Below are positions 12,610 to 24,451 of a stretch of 64,000 bases of DNA, one piece after another. The notes beneath the pieces were generated by a model. It made no database searches and was not told the origin of the DNA. It saw only the letters and a program-made list of their open reading frames with translations. Both the position numbers and the translations under genes were made by a program. This DNA is from Blepharisma stoltei ATCC 30299. Lineage: Eukaryota; Protista; Ciliophora. Each line of letters begins with the position of its first letter. The stretch's first letter is position 1. Location: assembly GCA_965603825.1 (NCBI GenBank), contig CBFDEM010000009.1, forward strand, positions 124,001 through 188,000, in the 5' to 3' direction.

Positions 12610-14097
12610 TTAGCTATCTGCTACTGGTGGTAAATAAGGGTAGAATACCGTTTGAGTATTCTTATCAGGGTCGTTTACAACCACTATTGGCTTTACTTCT
12701 TGATAATGCTCATCAACACTCTCAATGAAGCTAGGAACTTCAGGAGGTCTTTGAACATCTCCTCCTACATAGATAATCAGTTTTTGCTGATTGTCCTTAT
12801 TTTCTTTTGCCTTTTTAGCTTTTCTTCTTTTCAAAATGCAGCAGCAAATTACAGTTCCAGCAGCTCCTATAGCTATGACTCCTCCTATAGGAAGCCCAAT
12901 TTTAAGTCCAAGCAAGTCATCATCATCAGATGATGTTGAACCTCCACTATGGTGTCTTCTATGATGAGATACTTTTAATTGAGCCAACCCAATTTGAGCT
13001 GCATTATAGTCAGTCTGCATGCTGAAAGTTGTATAGTACTCTCTTAAGAAGACAGTCCCTAAAACCCAAATAGGTGCTGAAGTCGATGATTGTCCAAGCA
13101 AAAGAACGCACGACCCAGTAGTTGAGTTTTGGGTGAAATAAGCTTCAGGAGGGATGCTATAGCTTGAGGAAGAACCCAATTTAAATGTGATATTTGGATA
13201 ATTACTGAAGTCTGAGCAGGGACAGAGGACTTGGTCTCCTTCTATACAGCCATAATTAAGTCTGAAAATTTCACTTATGGCGTGATAATCAGTCTCTGGA
13301 GCAAAAATAAGAGAAGTTCCTATATCAAACAACACTTCGCCGCCAAACGAAATAGGTAGAGAGGCAACCTCAACGGACGAAAGATAAACTGACCAGATGT
13401 TTTGGTCACCCAAGAGAGGGAAATAAGTAAATGTTCCACTTTCGTAAAACTCTTCATCGACTCCGCCAAGAACTAGCGCAGAGTTTGGAGAGTCATCGTC
13501 TTCATCGTTGTTCAAATACAACGAAAACAAAGGCTGCTCTATCAGACCTTGGTTGTATAAATTTTGTATCAAGTTGCTGGAGGAGGTGTTGTTGAAGCCG
13601 AGACCTAGGACTCCATCCCAGTTCGCACCCTGATAGGCTAAATCTGAGACAACGAGTGCAAAAGTCTGACCAGTTACAGTGAGCTCTTGAATTTCAACAT
13701 TATCTGTGCTTAAAAGGGCTTCAGCACCACTGAATTGAGGCTACATAATGATTACGTCAATGTGGATTGGGTTTAATTTATCAGAAAACGTCGTCGACTG
13801 TGAAGGATAGAAGACATTTAAAGGCTTATTGCAATTCAAGCATGCATGATCAACAACCCAAATATCCTATATTAAATTTACAGAGCTGGCTGTATCAAGA
13901 AGGAGCTCAAAAATCTGGCCAGGGGTCCCAATCGATACTTGGACAGTATAGGCAATCTGAGTAAACTTTACATTTTGGTAGTTAGAAACAGCCACTACTG
14001 TGTCGTTCTGCTCAGATCCTAGCTGTTTTTCTATACTGCGGATGGGCAAGTAGAGCTTCGAAAGCACAGAAATGAATAGGAGAAGTATTATTTTCAT
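12610..14097 (-). CDS. Pepsin-family (A1) aspartic protease with signal peptide and C-terminal transmembrane anchor, ~480 aa; introns 13957-13971, 13867-13881, 13741-13755
   Basis: SIGTPGQ.F.LLLDTASSDIWV, DGVLGLGF, FSLYL, LVLGG, FDIGTSLI, WVLGTVFLREYYTTF, IGLA, then hydrophobic IGLPIGGVIAIGAAGTVICCCIL followed by KRRK. Confidence 0.9.
13867..13881 (-). other. 15-nt spliceosomal intron GTAAATTTAATATAG
   Basis: Removal restores the aspartic protease motif DTASSDIWV. Confidence 0.93.
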
Positions 14098-14784
14098 TAT
14101 ATTTATATTAATTTAATTCAACAGCTGATGTCAAATATGTGATCTATTACATAATGACAAGAATAGAGAAATGAATTGAAATTTAAGAATTGAAAACGAA
14201 TCAGGAGCTGGAATTTCTTCACCAGAACCAATTTTAAAATGGATATTTCAGACTAAAAAGGAAGTCGCCTTGAATATTTTAATTTAATAGAGTAGATTAA
14301 TAGCTTCTGCATAGGATGATGTTAGGAAAAACTGGATAGCCGATATCAGTATTTAGCAAGTAATATTCATATGCATTTACGAATTAAACGCATTCCATAA
14401 TTATTTTTGCGGCATGATCGTGCATTTAGACGAGCAGGACTAAATTATAACTATTAAGCTAAAAGTTAATTTTATGATTTATTTTTTGCTGGCCGAATGA
14501 AAGTGAGTAAGAAGCAATATTCATTTTTAAAAAGCTAAATTTAAGTCAGTGAATAATCAGAAATCTGTAAATAAGGCATTAAATTTTGTATGCAAAAGAA
14601 AATAAAATTCAACATAATAAATAAAATACATGCGAGCTATGCAATAAAATTTTATTTTTTAACAGAAGAACATCCACTAGAGGTATAGAATTAGATAGAA
14701 TACTAAACATATAGATCAAAAGTAGCAAATTGACTAACAGTATTTAAAATTATTTTGTATTTAGTCTAATTATGACAATTAAAA

Positions 14785-15780
14785 ATGCATCACATTGAAA
14801 GCAAAGTTATGCAGGAGCTAAAGCAGCTTTCCCATTCACAAATTATAAGCATAACAAAAGAATTCATTAATAAAAAGCAAGGAAGCGAAGGCTTTTATAA
14901 AGCTCTAATTGAGCGGTGTACACACTTATGAAACCAAGAAAATGCATCATCTGTTGCAGAAGCAGTCAAAGCATTTTCAGGATATGCATCAATGAAGCCA
15001 TATTTCAAAGAAGTTCTGGCTCAAACACAGCCTTTTATTGAATCTGGGTTATACACTCTATCATTTAATGATCTTTCTCAAGTATCATATGTTTTAAGAT
15101 CTCACAACATTGGAAATTGGTCATTTTATAGGAAAATAAATGGACAAATGCTCAAATCTATCCCGAATGAGATCTCACAGCAGGATATTGCAAAGCTCAC
15201 AAATTGGCTTGCTGAGCCCTTGAAAAAGATACCATATGAAGAAAGTATATACAAAGAATTAGGACCCAAAATCCAATTTTCAAATGATTTGATAAAGATC
15301 CTCCAAGGCTTTATTTTGGCAGAAAAAATTGATTTTCATATGCTTTCAAAAATCTCATCGCTTTTACAAGAAAACATTGAGAAGTTATCAAGTGAGGATG
15401 CAGAAATGGCTCTTCATTTATTTTCAAGATGCAAACTTTCAGACAAAAAACTATATGAAGCTCTTGAATTTTCTATTGCGAATAGAGGAACATTCGGTAA
15501 TTGGATCCATGCAATTCAAGACCTCAGATCATTAGCATTTTGTCCTAAAATACTTTTCAAGAAATGCTTGGATAATCTTAATGATGCACAAACTTTATTT
15601 GAGCTTTTGGTTTTAGAGCAGTCCTTAAGACAATTTAATCAAGAAATTCCGGATGGATTTTGGCACCATCGAAGGGTTTTATTTTTCCAATCTCCTTTGA
15701 AAGCTTCTATAAAGAATATATATTTGAGATACCTATTACTCAGAAATACTGAAAACGAGATCATAATTAACGAATTTTAA
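14785..15780 (+). CDS. Hypothetical alpha-helical repeat protein (possibly organellar RNA-binding type); true 5' end may lie further upstream via short introns
   Basis: The ORF extends upstream from 14992 through one TGA to ATG 14785. Leu-rich helical pattern; family not recognised. Confidence 0.55.
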
Positions 15781-15791
15781 TATAAAATAGA

Positions 15792-16457
15792 CTATATCTC
15801 AATGAATACTCCTGACAAAGAGCTATAAAGATCTTCAGCAGATATCATGAACAGCTTTTCCAGCTGGTTTTTGATATTTTTACTCCTGTTACTTATAGTA
15901 GCAAGTGATGAGCATATAGCTTGCCTTGCATAAATCCCTTCATCTTCCTCATAATTTTCCTTTTTCAGTTGAAAAACATTTAAATGATCTATTTTTTGAT
16001 GTGAAGAAAGCACCCTAAAATCTATAATGCAACCTTCTAAATTTTTGGATATTTCTTTAAATTTATTTGCTGCGTCTCATAAACTATTAAGATTGTCTTT
16101 TAGCCGGACTGATATTGAAGTCCCTGAAGATTCATTCTCGTTACGAATGCTATGAGATAAGGTATCACTTTCACTGCAGAAGCTATAAACATTATTTTCA
16201 TTGAATCAGCTTGTGAGTACTTCAAATGAGATAATTTCTAACTGAAAATTACTTTCAGATTCAATCCAAGAGTAAAAATCTTTACAGAGGACTTCAAGTT
16301 CTAGATATGTGAAACCGATATCAGAAGATCGAAATAACAAATAAAATTCTGATTGCAACAATTGGCTGTCCCTGCCATACTCTTCTATGAAAAATTGCAA
16401 ATAGTAAGACTCCTTATTAAATAGGAGGTTTGCAATTTGGAGTGTTACTTCTTCCAT
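15792..16457 (-). CDS. Hypothetical protein, 221 aa
   Basis: ORF-track pieces 16206-16457 and 15792-16013 are one frame bridged by two TGA codons. Confidence 0.7.
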
Positions 16458-16699
16458 TTATATTAATAATTCATTAACGATGCTTAAGTTGGACCCTTCC
16501 TACTTCTTAAAATTGATATAAACAAAGTTAAAATAAAATAATTTAGATAATTGCTGATTTTGCTTTAATTTATTATTTTTGGCTGATATGTGCATTTTCA
16601 AGAGATTAACAAGGATTTCTCTATGGTTTATAGTATACAGCCAAACTGATATTTTTTACTATTATAATATTTTATAACAGTTACTATTTCAAAATTTTA

Positions 16700-17194
16700 A
16701 TGTCACTTAGCCAAAATCACATGCGTAGCTACAGCGGTTCATTTAGGCCAGGAAATGGATTTGAAGAAAATGCTTCAGCAAAAACTCAAATGATGAATAC
16801 TCAAGGCTCTATGGCTTCTCTTATGGGCCAAACTGCTTCAGGCTCAGCATCATTAAAAGGGAAACTTTTAGGGCTAGAAGAAATGATAAGATCAATAACA
16901 GAAGAAATGAACTTCCATAAGAAAGAAGTCCAAATCTTAAGATCTGAAAAAGACACTCTTGAAAATGTGCTCAACATGAAGATTAATGATGTGAGGAAAA
17001 GCTTGATGAGCGAAATCAACAGGGTTGAGGAAGAAATGAAAAGGCACTTTTCTCACCAAAAGGCTGAAAATAGCAGACTCCAGCAGCAAATCACGCAGCT
17101 TAAAGGAGAAAAAACTGCTCTGCAACAGCAATTATTAGCACTGCAGAGAAGGATAAAAGAATTGGAAAGTCAAATAGGAAGCGAGGAATCGTAA
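16700..17194 (+). CDS. Small coiled-coil protein, 164 aa
   Basis: Clean ORF with strong heptads (ENSRLQQQITQLKGEKTALQQQLLALQRRIKELE). Confidence 0.8.
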   Translation: MSLSQNHMRSYSGSFRPGNGFEENASAKTQMMNTQGSMASLMGQTASGSASLKGKLLGLEEMIRSITEEMNFHKKEVQILRSEKDTLENVLNMKINDVRKSLMSEINRVEEEMKRHFSHQKAENSRLQQQITQLKGEKTALQQQLLALQRRIKELESQIGSEES

Positions 17195-17348
17195 TTTGAG
17201 AAAATAATAGAAAATTCATAACAATAGAGATGATAATTAGGTTTAAACAATAAAACTTAATGCATGGCTATAAAATAATAAAACGCTATCTGTTAGGATA
17301 TGAAAAATCGATATTTTAGCAGAATGGTATATATATAAAAGACAGCTA

Positions 17349-19790
17349 ATGGCTAAATACTTAAGAATAGATATACCTACTATATCTGATATAAATATGG
17401 AAAAAGCAAGTCTGCTTTTGAGTGGTGGAAATCTATCAATTGCTGATATTTCCAAGATCCATTCTGGATTACAAATTGTTTTGGATACTGAAACATTGCA
17501 ATCTCTCAGTGAAGACTTTCCAACTGACACATCTCCTCTTAATCTAACCCATGAACTCACTAAGCTAGATGCAGTTGTAGGTCTAAACGCTCTTTTAAGA
17601 CTTAAAGACAAAGCCCACTCTTCTCTTGTCTCTCAGTTTGCAGAGAGAATAAACCATCCTGGTTTACTTAGCCTCGAAGGACTAGAATTTACAGCTATTG
17701 AGAGTAAACACTTTTTCCAGAAGAAAAATCTTGATGCGGCCCGAATTGCGCTTTTATTTGATAGCATAAGAATAACTCTTCCACTTTTAGACGCTGGGCT
17801 TGCTTTTTCTTTTGAAGTGCAGAATCTTGATGGGTCAATTTTCCAAGATCCTTTGTATTCGGGAGTCTCCAATGGAGTTAAGACTTCGCTGGTGAATCTC
17901 GAGTCTTTGCTATTGGACTCAAAGATGGCTAAGAAGAATCAGCCAAATGAAGCTTTTATTGATGCTGCTCAATTGATTGGGACTCTAAGAGCACTGATTG
18001 AAGACGAATCAAAAACAATTGAAAGAGAAATCAATAATGATGTATTTGAAATTGGAAAATCAACCATTAATAGGTCCAGAGCTCCATTAATTAAGGCTGC
18101 CTCAGCGCTATCAAGTCTTGTGATTCAGCTTTTTTATAATTCAGAAGAAAGAAAAGGAACAATTTCAGAGACAAGATTCCAAACTTCTTCTAACCTTGAA
18201 GAAATCATTGAATTATTAAGGAGACTTGTCCCTGACTTGCAAAACAACGCATACGCTGAAATAATGCAAAACTTTAGTGCCTTAGAAGCTCTTGAAAAGA
18301 AAATCAATGAAGGCGCTTCTAAACCTCGCCCTATATTACTTGGAAAAGGCAATAAAATATTATATACTCACCTAAAGGAAACCCAGTCAAATGCTTTAGC
18401 CCTCTCAAACTTTCTCGACGATCTTTTCCAAGCAAGAAATAATGAAACAAGAGTCCCAAAGCTTGCAAAAGGAATGAAAGATTACGGTCCAGACCAAATG
18501 GCTATCAGAGAAAAAGTATTCAACACAATAAGAAACGTATTTAAAAAACATATGGCAGGTGAACTTGATACCCCCGTCATGGAACTAAGAGAAACGCTAA
18601 CAGGAAAATATGGTGATGAAAGCAGCAAATTGATTTATAATTTGGCTGACCAAGGTGGAGAACAATTATCGCTGAGATATGACCTTACTGTTCCTCTTGC
18701 AAGATATGTAGCCATGAATAGACTAAATAAATGGAAAAGATTCCAAATAGGCAAAGTCTACAGAAGAGATCAGCCACAGATGAAAAGAGGAAGATTCCGA
18801 GAATTTTATCAATGCGATTTTGATTTAATCGGCACTGGACCTACCATGATGCAAGATGCAGAAGTCCTTAAAATTGTCTCTGAAATTTTAGTTGAGCTAA
18901 ATATTGGCTTTGTGCTGAAGGTAAGTCACAGAAAATTGTTGGACTCACTATTAGATGTATCAGGATGCCCTGTCAATAAAAGAATCACTATTTCTTCTTC
19001 AATTGATAAGCTTGATAAAGAAGAATGGGAAAAGGTCAGACAAGAAATGATAGCTGATAAAGGTCTATCACCTGAATGTGCAGATAAAATTGGAGAATTT
19101 GTGAACATCAAAGGATCACCTAGAGAGGTTCTGCAGCTTCTTAAGGCACATGACGCGTTTAAAACACATGAATTAGCAACATCTACAATTGCTGAATTAG
19201 AGAAGCTTGCTGAATTTTTAGAATGCTTGGAAATCACACCACATATAGTGTATGATTTAAGCTTGGCTAGAGGACTTGATTATTATACAGGGCTAGTGTA
19301 TGAAGCAGTGCTTACTGATACTACACAAGGTGTAGGATCTATTGCAGGCGGAGGCAGATATGATGAACTTATCATGAAGCTCAATAACTCCAAGAATCCA
19401 GTTCCAGCTGTAGGAGTCGCCCTCGGGATTGAAAGAATTTTTACGATCATTGAAGATAGATTCAAGAAAGCTAATCTTATGTATCCAAAAACATCAGTTC
19501 TCGTCGCTCAAGCTGGAAACTCTGACAAATACAACTTAATGAACGAAAGAATCAAAATCTGCAATCTGCTATGGAAGAATGGAATCCCTTCAGAAACAAG
19601 CTATAAAGAAAAATCTGATCCTAAAGGCCAGGCTGGATACGCAAGTGAAGCAGGAATTTCTTGGATCGTTTGGATCGGAGAAACTGAGCTCGATGAAGGA
19701 AAAGTTAAAGTGAAGAGTTTGGAGCAGCACAATGAAGAATATGTTGAAATTGGTGTGCTTTCAGACTATATCGTGGCCCATTCTAGTTAA
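17349..19790 (+). CDS. HARS: Histidyl-tRNA synthetase with ~370 aa N-terminal extension resembling a degenerate histidine/phenylalanine ammonia-lyase fold
   Basis: KGMKDY, LRYDLTVPLAR, VYRRDQPQMKRGRFREFYQCDFD, LARGLDYYTG, GGGRYDEL, GIERIF, anticodon-binding domain. Confidence 0.95.
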   Translation: MAKYLRIDIPTISDINMEKASLLLSGGNLSIADISKIHSGLQIVLDTETLQSLSEDFPTDTSPLNLTHELTKLDAVVGLNALLRLKDKAHSSLVSQFAERINHPGLLSLEGLEFTAIESKHFFQKKNLDAARIALLFDSIRITLPLLDAGLAFSFEVQNLDGSIFQDPLYSGVSNGVKTSLVNLESLLLDSKMAKKNQPNEAFIDAAQLIGTLRALIEDESKTIEREINNDVFEIGKSTINRSRAPLIKAASALSSLVIQLFYNSEERKGTISETRFQTSSNLEEIIELLRRLVPDLQNNAYAEIMQNFSALEALEKKINEGASKPRPILLGKGNKILYTHLKETQSNALALSNFLDDLFQARNNETRVPKLAKGMKDYGPDQMAIREKVFNTIRNVFKKHMAGELDTPVMELRETLTGKYGDESSKLIYNLADQGGEQLSLRYDLTVPLARYVAMNRLNKWKRFQIGKVYRRDQPQMKRGRFREFYQCDFDLIGTGPTMMQDAEVLKIVSEILVELNIGFVLKVSHRKLLDSLLDVSGCPVNKRITISSSIDKLDKEEWEKVRQEMIADKGLSPECADKIGEFVNIKGSPREVLQLLKAHDAFKTHELATSTIAELEKLAEFLECLEITPHIVYDLSLARGLDYYTGLVYEAVLTDTTQGVGSIAGGGRYDELIMKLNNSKNPVPAVGVALGIERIFTIIEDRFKKANLMYPKTSVLVAQAGNSDKYNLMNERIKICNLLWKNGIPSETSYKEKSDPKGQAGYASEAGISWIVWIGETELDEGKVKVKSLEQHNEEYVEIGVLSDYIVAHSS

Positions 19791-19838
19791 AGGTAACTTT
19801 AGAATTGGATAATAATTTATGCATTAAGAAGATCAATT

Positions 19839-20459
19839 TTAATTATCAAGAAACTCTGACAGTCTTGATATAGTAATATTTTTTTCCTGAAAAATCTTTC
19901 TAGCTTTTTCAGCAGTTTCAGGTGCCACAGCTCTTGTTGCTTCAGAAATCACATGAACTTCAAAACCATAGTTTGCAGCATCAATAGCTGTATAGCCGAC
20001 ACAATAATCAAAAGCAAGCCCAGTGATATACACTTTTTCAATCCCTTTTGCCCACAATTCATCTAATAAAGTTGTTCTGTCTTGTACACACCCAAAAGCA
20101 GAGTAAGAGTCATATTGAGGGTTTTGGCCCTTTCTGATAATTATATCAGTGTCTTTTATATTTAGACCAGGGTGGAATTCAGCTCCAGGAGTATTTTGAA
20201 CACAATGTACAGGCCACATCATCTGGAGAATTCCTGTTTCTTCAATAAGCTTTTCTTTAAACAACTCAGAGCCTGGGTTATTTACTTGAAAGGAAATATG
20301 ATTTTCTGGATGTCAGTCTTGACTTAAAAATACATGTGAAAATTTATCAGATTCTTTCAAAGCATTGAGCAGTGAGATGATTTCGTTTGCGTTAGAAACT
20401 TCCAAAGACCCCCTTTCGCAAAAGTCATTCTGGACGTCAATAATCAATAAAGCAGACAT
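19839..20459 (-). CDS. PNC1: Nicotinamidase/pyrazinamidase (isochorismatase family), 206 aa
   Basis: MSALLIIDVQNDF, SQD(TGA=W)HPENH, WPVHCVQNTPGA, KG...DSYSAF, GLAFDYCV. Confidence 0.93.
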
Positions 20460-20483
20460 ATTATTATAGAAAATGCATTAATT

Positions 20484-21104
20484 CTAACAGTTGCAAGAGT
20501 TTTCTTTGAAGCTTGTCTCTTTATCTTTGCTTTTGTTCAGCTTGATGGCGCTGTGCCTGATATTTTTAATCCCAATTTTCTGGATTGCAATTTCTGCTGC
20601 CTTTTCAAAGATTGCATCAATGGAAGATTTGTCCCTTATCGATGCTTCAAAAAAAGGTATGTTTCCATTTGCTTTGCATCAGTTTTTAACTATATCCATC
20701 GGGACTGTTCTGCCATTATGCTTATCACCTTTGTTTCCAACTAAAACAAAAGGAAACTCTGAAGGATTGCTAATGCCCATTTGTGTCTTGAAATCTTCGA
20801 TCCAATATGAGAGGTTTTCAAAAGATCGGTTCAAAGTTATGTCATATACAAGAATGCAAATATCAGTGTTTCTATAAAAGCCAAAAGACAAACTTTGATA
20901 CCTCTCTTGCCCTGAAGTGTCTCAAATCCTCAGATTCACTAATTTTCCATTTGCATTCACTTCTTTATTAACAAAATCTGGTACTATAGTAGGACTAAAA
21001 TCAGAATTTTCTCGATTTATGAAATGCTTTATCAGACTTGTTTTTCCAACCTTAGCATCTCCCAATAAAATGACTTTTAAATACCGTTTCTTTTCAATTA
21101 TCAT
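20484..21104 (-). CDS. Rab GTPase, Rab7-like divergent paralog, 206 aa, C-terminal CNC
   Basis: LKVILLGDAKVGKTSL, I(TGA=W)DTSGQERYQSL, FYR, FPFVLVGNKGD, CxC prenylation end. Confidence 0.9.
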
Positions 21105-21162
21105 TATGAAGAATCATTTTCCTTTATAAGCTAGTGATGCAATTGAAAGTAGTAAAATTAAA

Positions 21163-21408
21163 ATGGATCAGGAAAGCAATTTCAGCGATGAAAACTCTGA
21201 TGATGGAATTCTTTCAATTGCTGCAGATAACTCTTCAACTGGAACTATCTCAAGAGCACCCACATGCCACCAAGTTGTTTATAATAAGTATGAATCTGTC
21301 GGAACACTAGTGGAAATTTGACCTCATCCACAATTACATATGAGTATTGCAAGTGAGCAAGCTGAAGAAGCTTATCGAGCTCATGGGTGTATTTGCACAG
21401 TTTTCTAA
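21163..21408 (+). CDS. Small acidic protein with C-terminal CaaX (…GCICTVF), 81 aa; absent from the ORF track
   Basis: ATG after an A-rich leader, one internal TGA-Trp, TAA directly after CICTVF, coding-like GC content. Confidence 0.65.
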
Positions 21409-21918
21409 AGCTTAATATAATTATTCCATTGGTAGGGTAAAATTGAGTCTTGGGTCTAGAATTGGGTCAATTTAGAATTAGAGCGTTTAGTTTGGCACAT
21501 TTTGAATTTGAAGAGTTTTTTAATTCTGAAGACTTTGGCTAGATCAATTAGATCAAAAATTAAGGCATAGTTTTTCTTAATGCAAATTGCGCTTATTTGA
21601 AGTCTAATTGGTCAATGAATTTCATAAAAATCTAAATTAATATTAAATTTTAAGCTAAGTATTTCAAATAAATTAACAACAGAATTATTTTGAAAATAGG
21701 AAAAATATCATTATAAAAATGAATAAAATTGCCAAAAAAAAGATTTGTGAGCTGATCAAAATGTGAGTTATAAAAATTTTATAAAATATGTCTTTTAACC
21801 AGTGTAAAAAGATCGATTTCTCCTTTCAAAGCAAAAATAAGTTTCTTAAATTCTATTAGTTTCTTTTCATAAGATAATCTGTGATAAAATAAAAAATCTT
21901 CGGCTATAAAAAATTTCC

Positions 21919-22773
21919 ATGTACACAGCAAGCTCTAAAACTCCAAAGCCTCTCCCTCCACAGTTCAATTTTATACAACACAGAAAATCATCCAGTGTTG
22001 AAAGTAACACAGATGAAGAAAGCCTATCTGATGAGCCTCCATTGCTTAAAACCAAGTCAGAAGCTAACAAATACGCCCATTCATTTTTACCTCCAATAAG
22101 CACAGGAGAGCTCAGAAAAAGCCCAACTTTGCAAATCGAGATCCCTCCTCATTCAGCTAAAGTTCGCATAAAGCCTTTATTTGGCTCTCCTGCAAATGAA
22201 AATGAAAAGGTCACAAAAAGTAAAATCACGTTAATTGACGATTTTGGGCTACTGAATCAAGAAGAATTGGACTCTGACTCACAAACAAGTCTTCTTTACA
22301 GAAATAAAGCAGCACATGTAACTATTTCTGATTTTTGGGGCAAAAAAACGACACAAACTGTGCTGCACTCCCCTAATCTAAAAGATGCGGTTAGATATAT
22401 GAAACACAAAAGATTTGTGGATGATATAACAATAAAATCATCTATAGCTGCGTCAGCCACTCCCAGACAGATGGATGAGCATGTAACTTTGAGACTTATG
22501 TCAAGCACATCGAAAGGGATACTCACACCAACTCTTACCCCTTTTTCTGCAAAAACACCATCGTTCGTAATTAAAAGTAATCATGATCTTAAAAGGTCAA
22601 AGGAATTAAGGACTTTAAACAAAATTATGAAAGGCTGTGATGAATTGCACATGGATAACATGAAAGCTATCCAAAGTCTTTCAATTGATCGAAGAAAAAG
22701 TTATCCTACACATCGTAAGCTTACTGCTGAAGATAAAAAGCGGATCAAGTATAATAAAAAACTATTATCATAG
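21919..22773 (+). CDS. Hypothetical Ser/Thr/Lys-rich protein, 284 aa
   Basis: Uninterrupted ORF; no domain recognised. Confidence 0.75.
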   Translation: MYTASSKTPKPLPPQFNFIQHRKSSSVESNTDEESLSDEPPLLKTKSEANKYAHSFLPPISTGELRKSPTLQIEIPPHSAKVRIKPLFGSPANENEKVTKSKITLIDDFGLLNQEELDSDSQTSLLYRNKAAHVTISDFWGKKTTQTVLHSPNLKDAVRYMKHKRFVDDITIKSSIAASATPRQMDEHVTLRLMSSTSKGILTPTLTPFSAKTPSFVIKSNHDLKRSKELRTLNKIMKGCDELHMDNMKAIQSLSIDRRKSYPTHRKLTAEDKKRIKYNKKLLS

Positions 22774-22803
22774 TATATACATAATCATAAGTAATGCTTT
22801 ATA

Positions 22804-24015
22804 TTAATAGGATGCTTTTGTATAGAGAGTGAGCAATAAAGGAAGGCCTATAATCATCCCTGACCAAACAAAGTACATCCCAAACAGTGTTTTGTTTATA
22901 AATCGTTGGAAAATGATTAAAGGCACTTGGAAAATCATCAGCACCAACAAATAAGGCTTTACATTTCTGCATATCAAGGCAAGCACCATCTCGTGGCACA
23001 CAGCTGAGAACGCAAAGGTAAAGAACTTCGAGGTCTGTTCACTGAGCTTGTGTCTAAATCTACATTCTTGGTATATATGTTTATGTAAAAATAAATGTAC
23101 TGGTCTGTTTCATTTTCTATTAAACTCTTCATAAGTGCTTGCATTCCACCAATCTGAATAAAATTCTCTATCTCCAAAAAGAGCGAGTTCTCCAAATAAA
23201 TTCAAAATTTGTTCAAAGAGGATGAGGAAAATCATAAAATAAAAAATCAAAACAGGAACAATAAGTCTGCTTATCATTTCTCCAATAGAGAGTTCTGATG
23301 ATCTCTTAACCACTGGAAGAATATGATCTGTTGCTATCATGTATTGCATTGCTAGTTGGACTCCTACTAAAATTACTTTTTGAATAAAATAAGAAGTCCT
23401 AAACGCAGGAATTTGTGGATAACTTGGCTGATAGACTATAGCAGGTGTTATCATAAATTTCCAGAAATTTTTGACAGTGATATTTGTTGGATACACATGT
23501 GAAGCTGTTTTATCAGCTAAATACGCCTCTCTTAAGTCTCTATTAACCATGGTATATGAGTGCATTTTCATAAAATGTGTGAGTGTAAGCATGCAAGCAA
23601 AAAGAGTTTGAGAAAACCCTCACCCTCGGGTAACGACCAAATAAAATGTAGCTATGAACATCAAAGTTTGAGTAAAATGCTGGAAAATGCTCGCCATTAT
23701 GGTTGGAAATCCTCTTAAAATCATTAGTTGCAAAAGAAATGCCAGCCAGCAATAGAGAGAAAAGGCTGGCCATATCAAAATTACGAATTCGAAATCTACC
23801 AGCATCGCCCGAAAGAAAGAATCTTCTACGAAAACTCCAGAAGAAGTGAATTTTGCAAAGGCTGAAATGCCAATATAGCCGCTACTGATTAGGGTGAACA
23901 TTATGTAAAACCCTCTCATGTCAGACTTATAGAAGCCTGCATTGTGGTCTACGATGTCGAAATAAGAAGGCTGCACCTTGGTATAGCAGAGGGCTCGAGT
24001 TTTTTCATTACTCAT
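22804..24015 (-). CDS. MBOAT acyltransferase, DGAT1/sterol O-acyltransferase type, 403 aa
   Basis: Single frame across two TGAs. MKMHSY, YQPSYP, FGDREFYSDWWN, K(TGA=W)NRPVH, SAVCHE (catalytic His). Confidence 0.92.
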
Positions 24016-24451
24016 TTTTTATAATTATGAATTATGCAACTCATATTATACTGGAGTAATTTATTCACTTGCTATATATAGCCTTTTTGAATGCAAAAAT
24101 GCATTAAAGAAATTAAAATATAATTTTACTTTGCATTTTGATTACCTAGTAAAAATCTTAACGAATTCTTGATTATCAGAAAAATATTTTGACAAGAAAA
24201 GTAATAATCAAAGTACTTTAGGATATTTATTAGAATATACGACGAGAATGAATATCTTTCCATTTGAAAGAAGAGTTTCATACTTAAAAAAATCTATCTC
24301 ATCAATTTAATTACTTGCATTAAAATTTTGTATTCGAAATCTAAAATGCTTAATATTCAATATATTTTTGAATAGCGGATTTTTCCCATAAAATAAAAAG
24401 TATAAATTTTGTCTTTAAGCAAATTTCATTCGCTTTTAATCTAAATTTTAA

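Noticed and set aside
14630-14784. Upstream exons for the 14785 gene, including a possible 16-nt intron GTATAGAATTAGATAG at ~14682
   Set aside because: I could not build an unambiguous spliced frame by eye.
16801-19465. Minus-strand ORFs within the coiled-coil gene and HisRS
   Set aside because: Antisense to strongly conserved coding sequence; no motifs.
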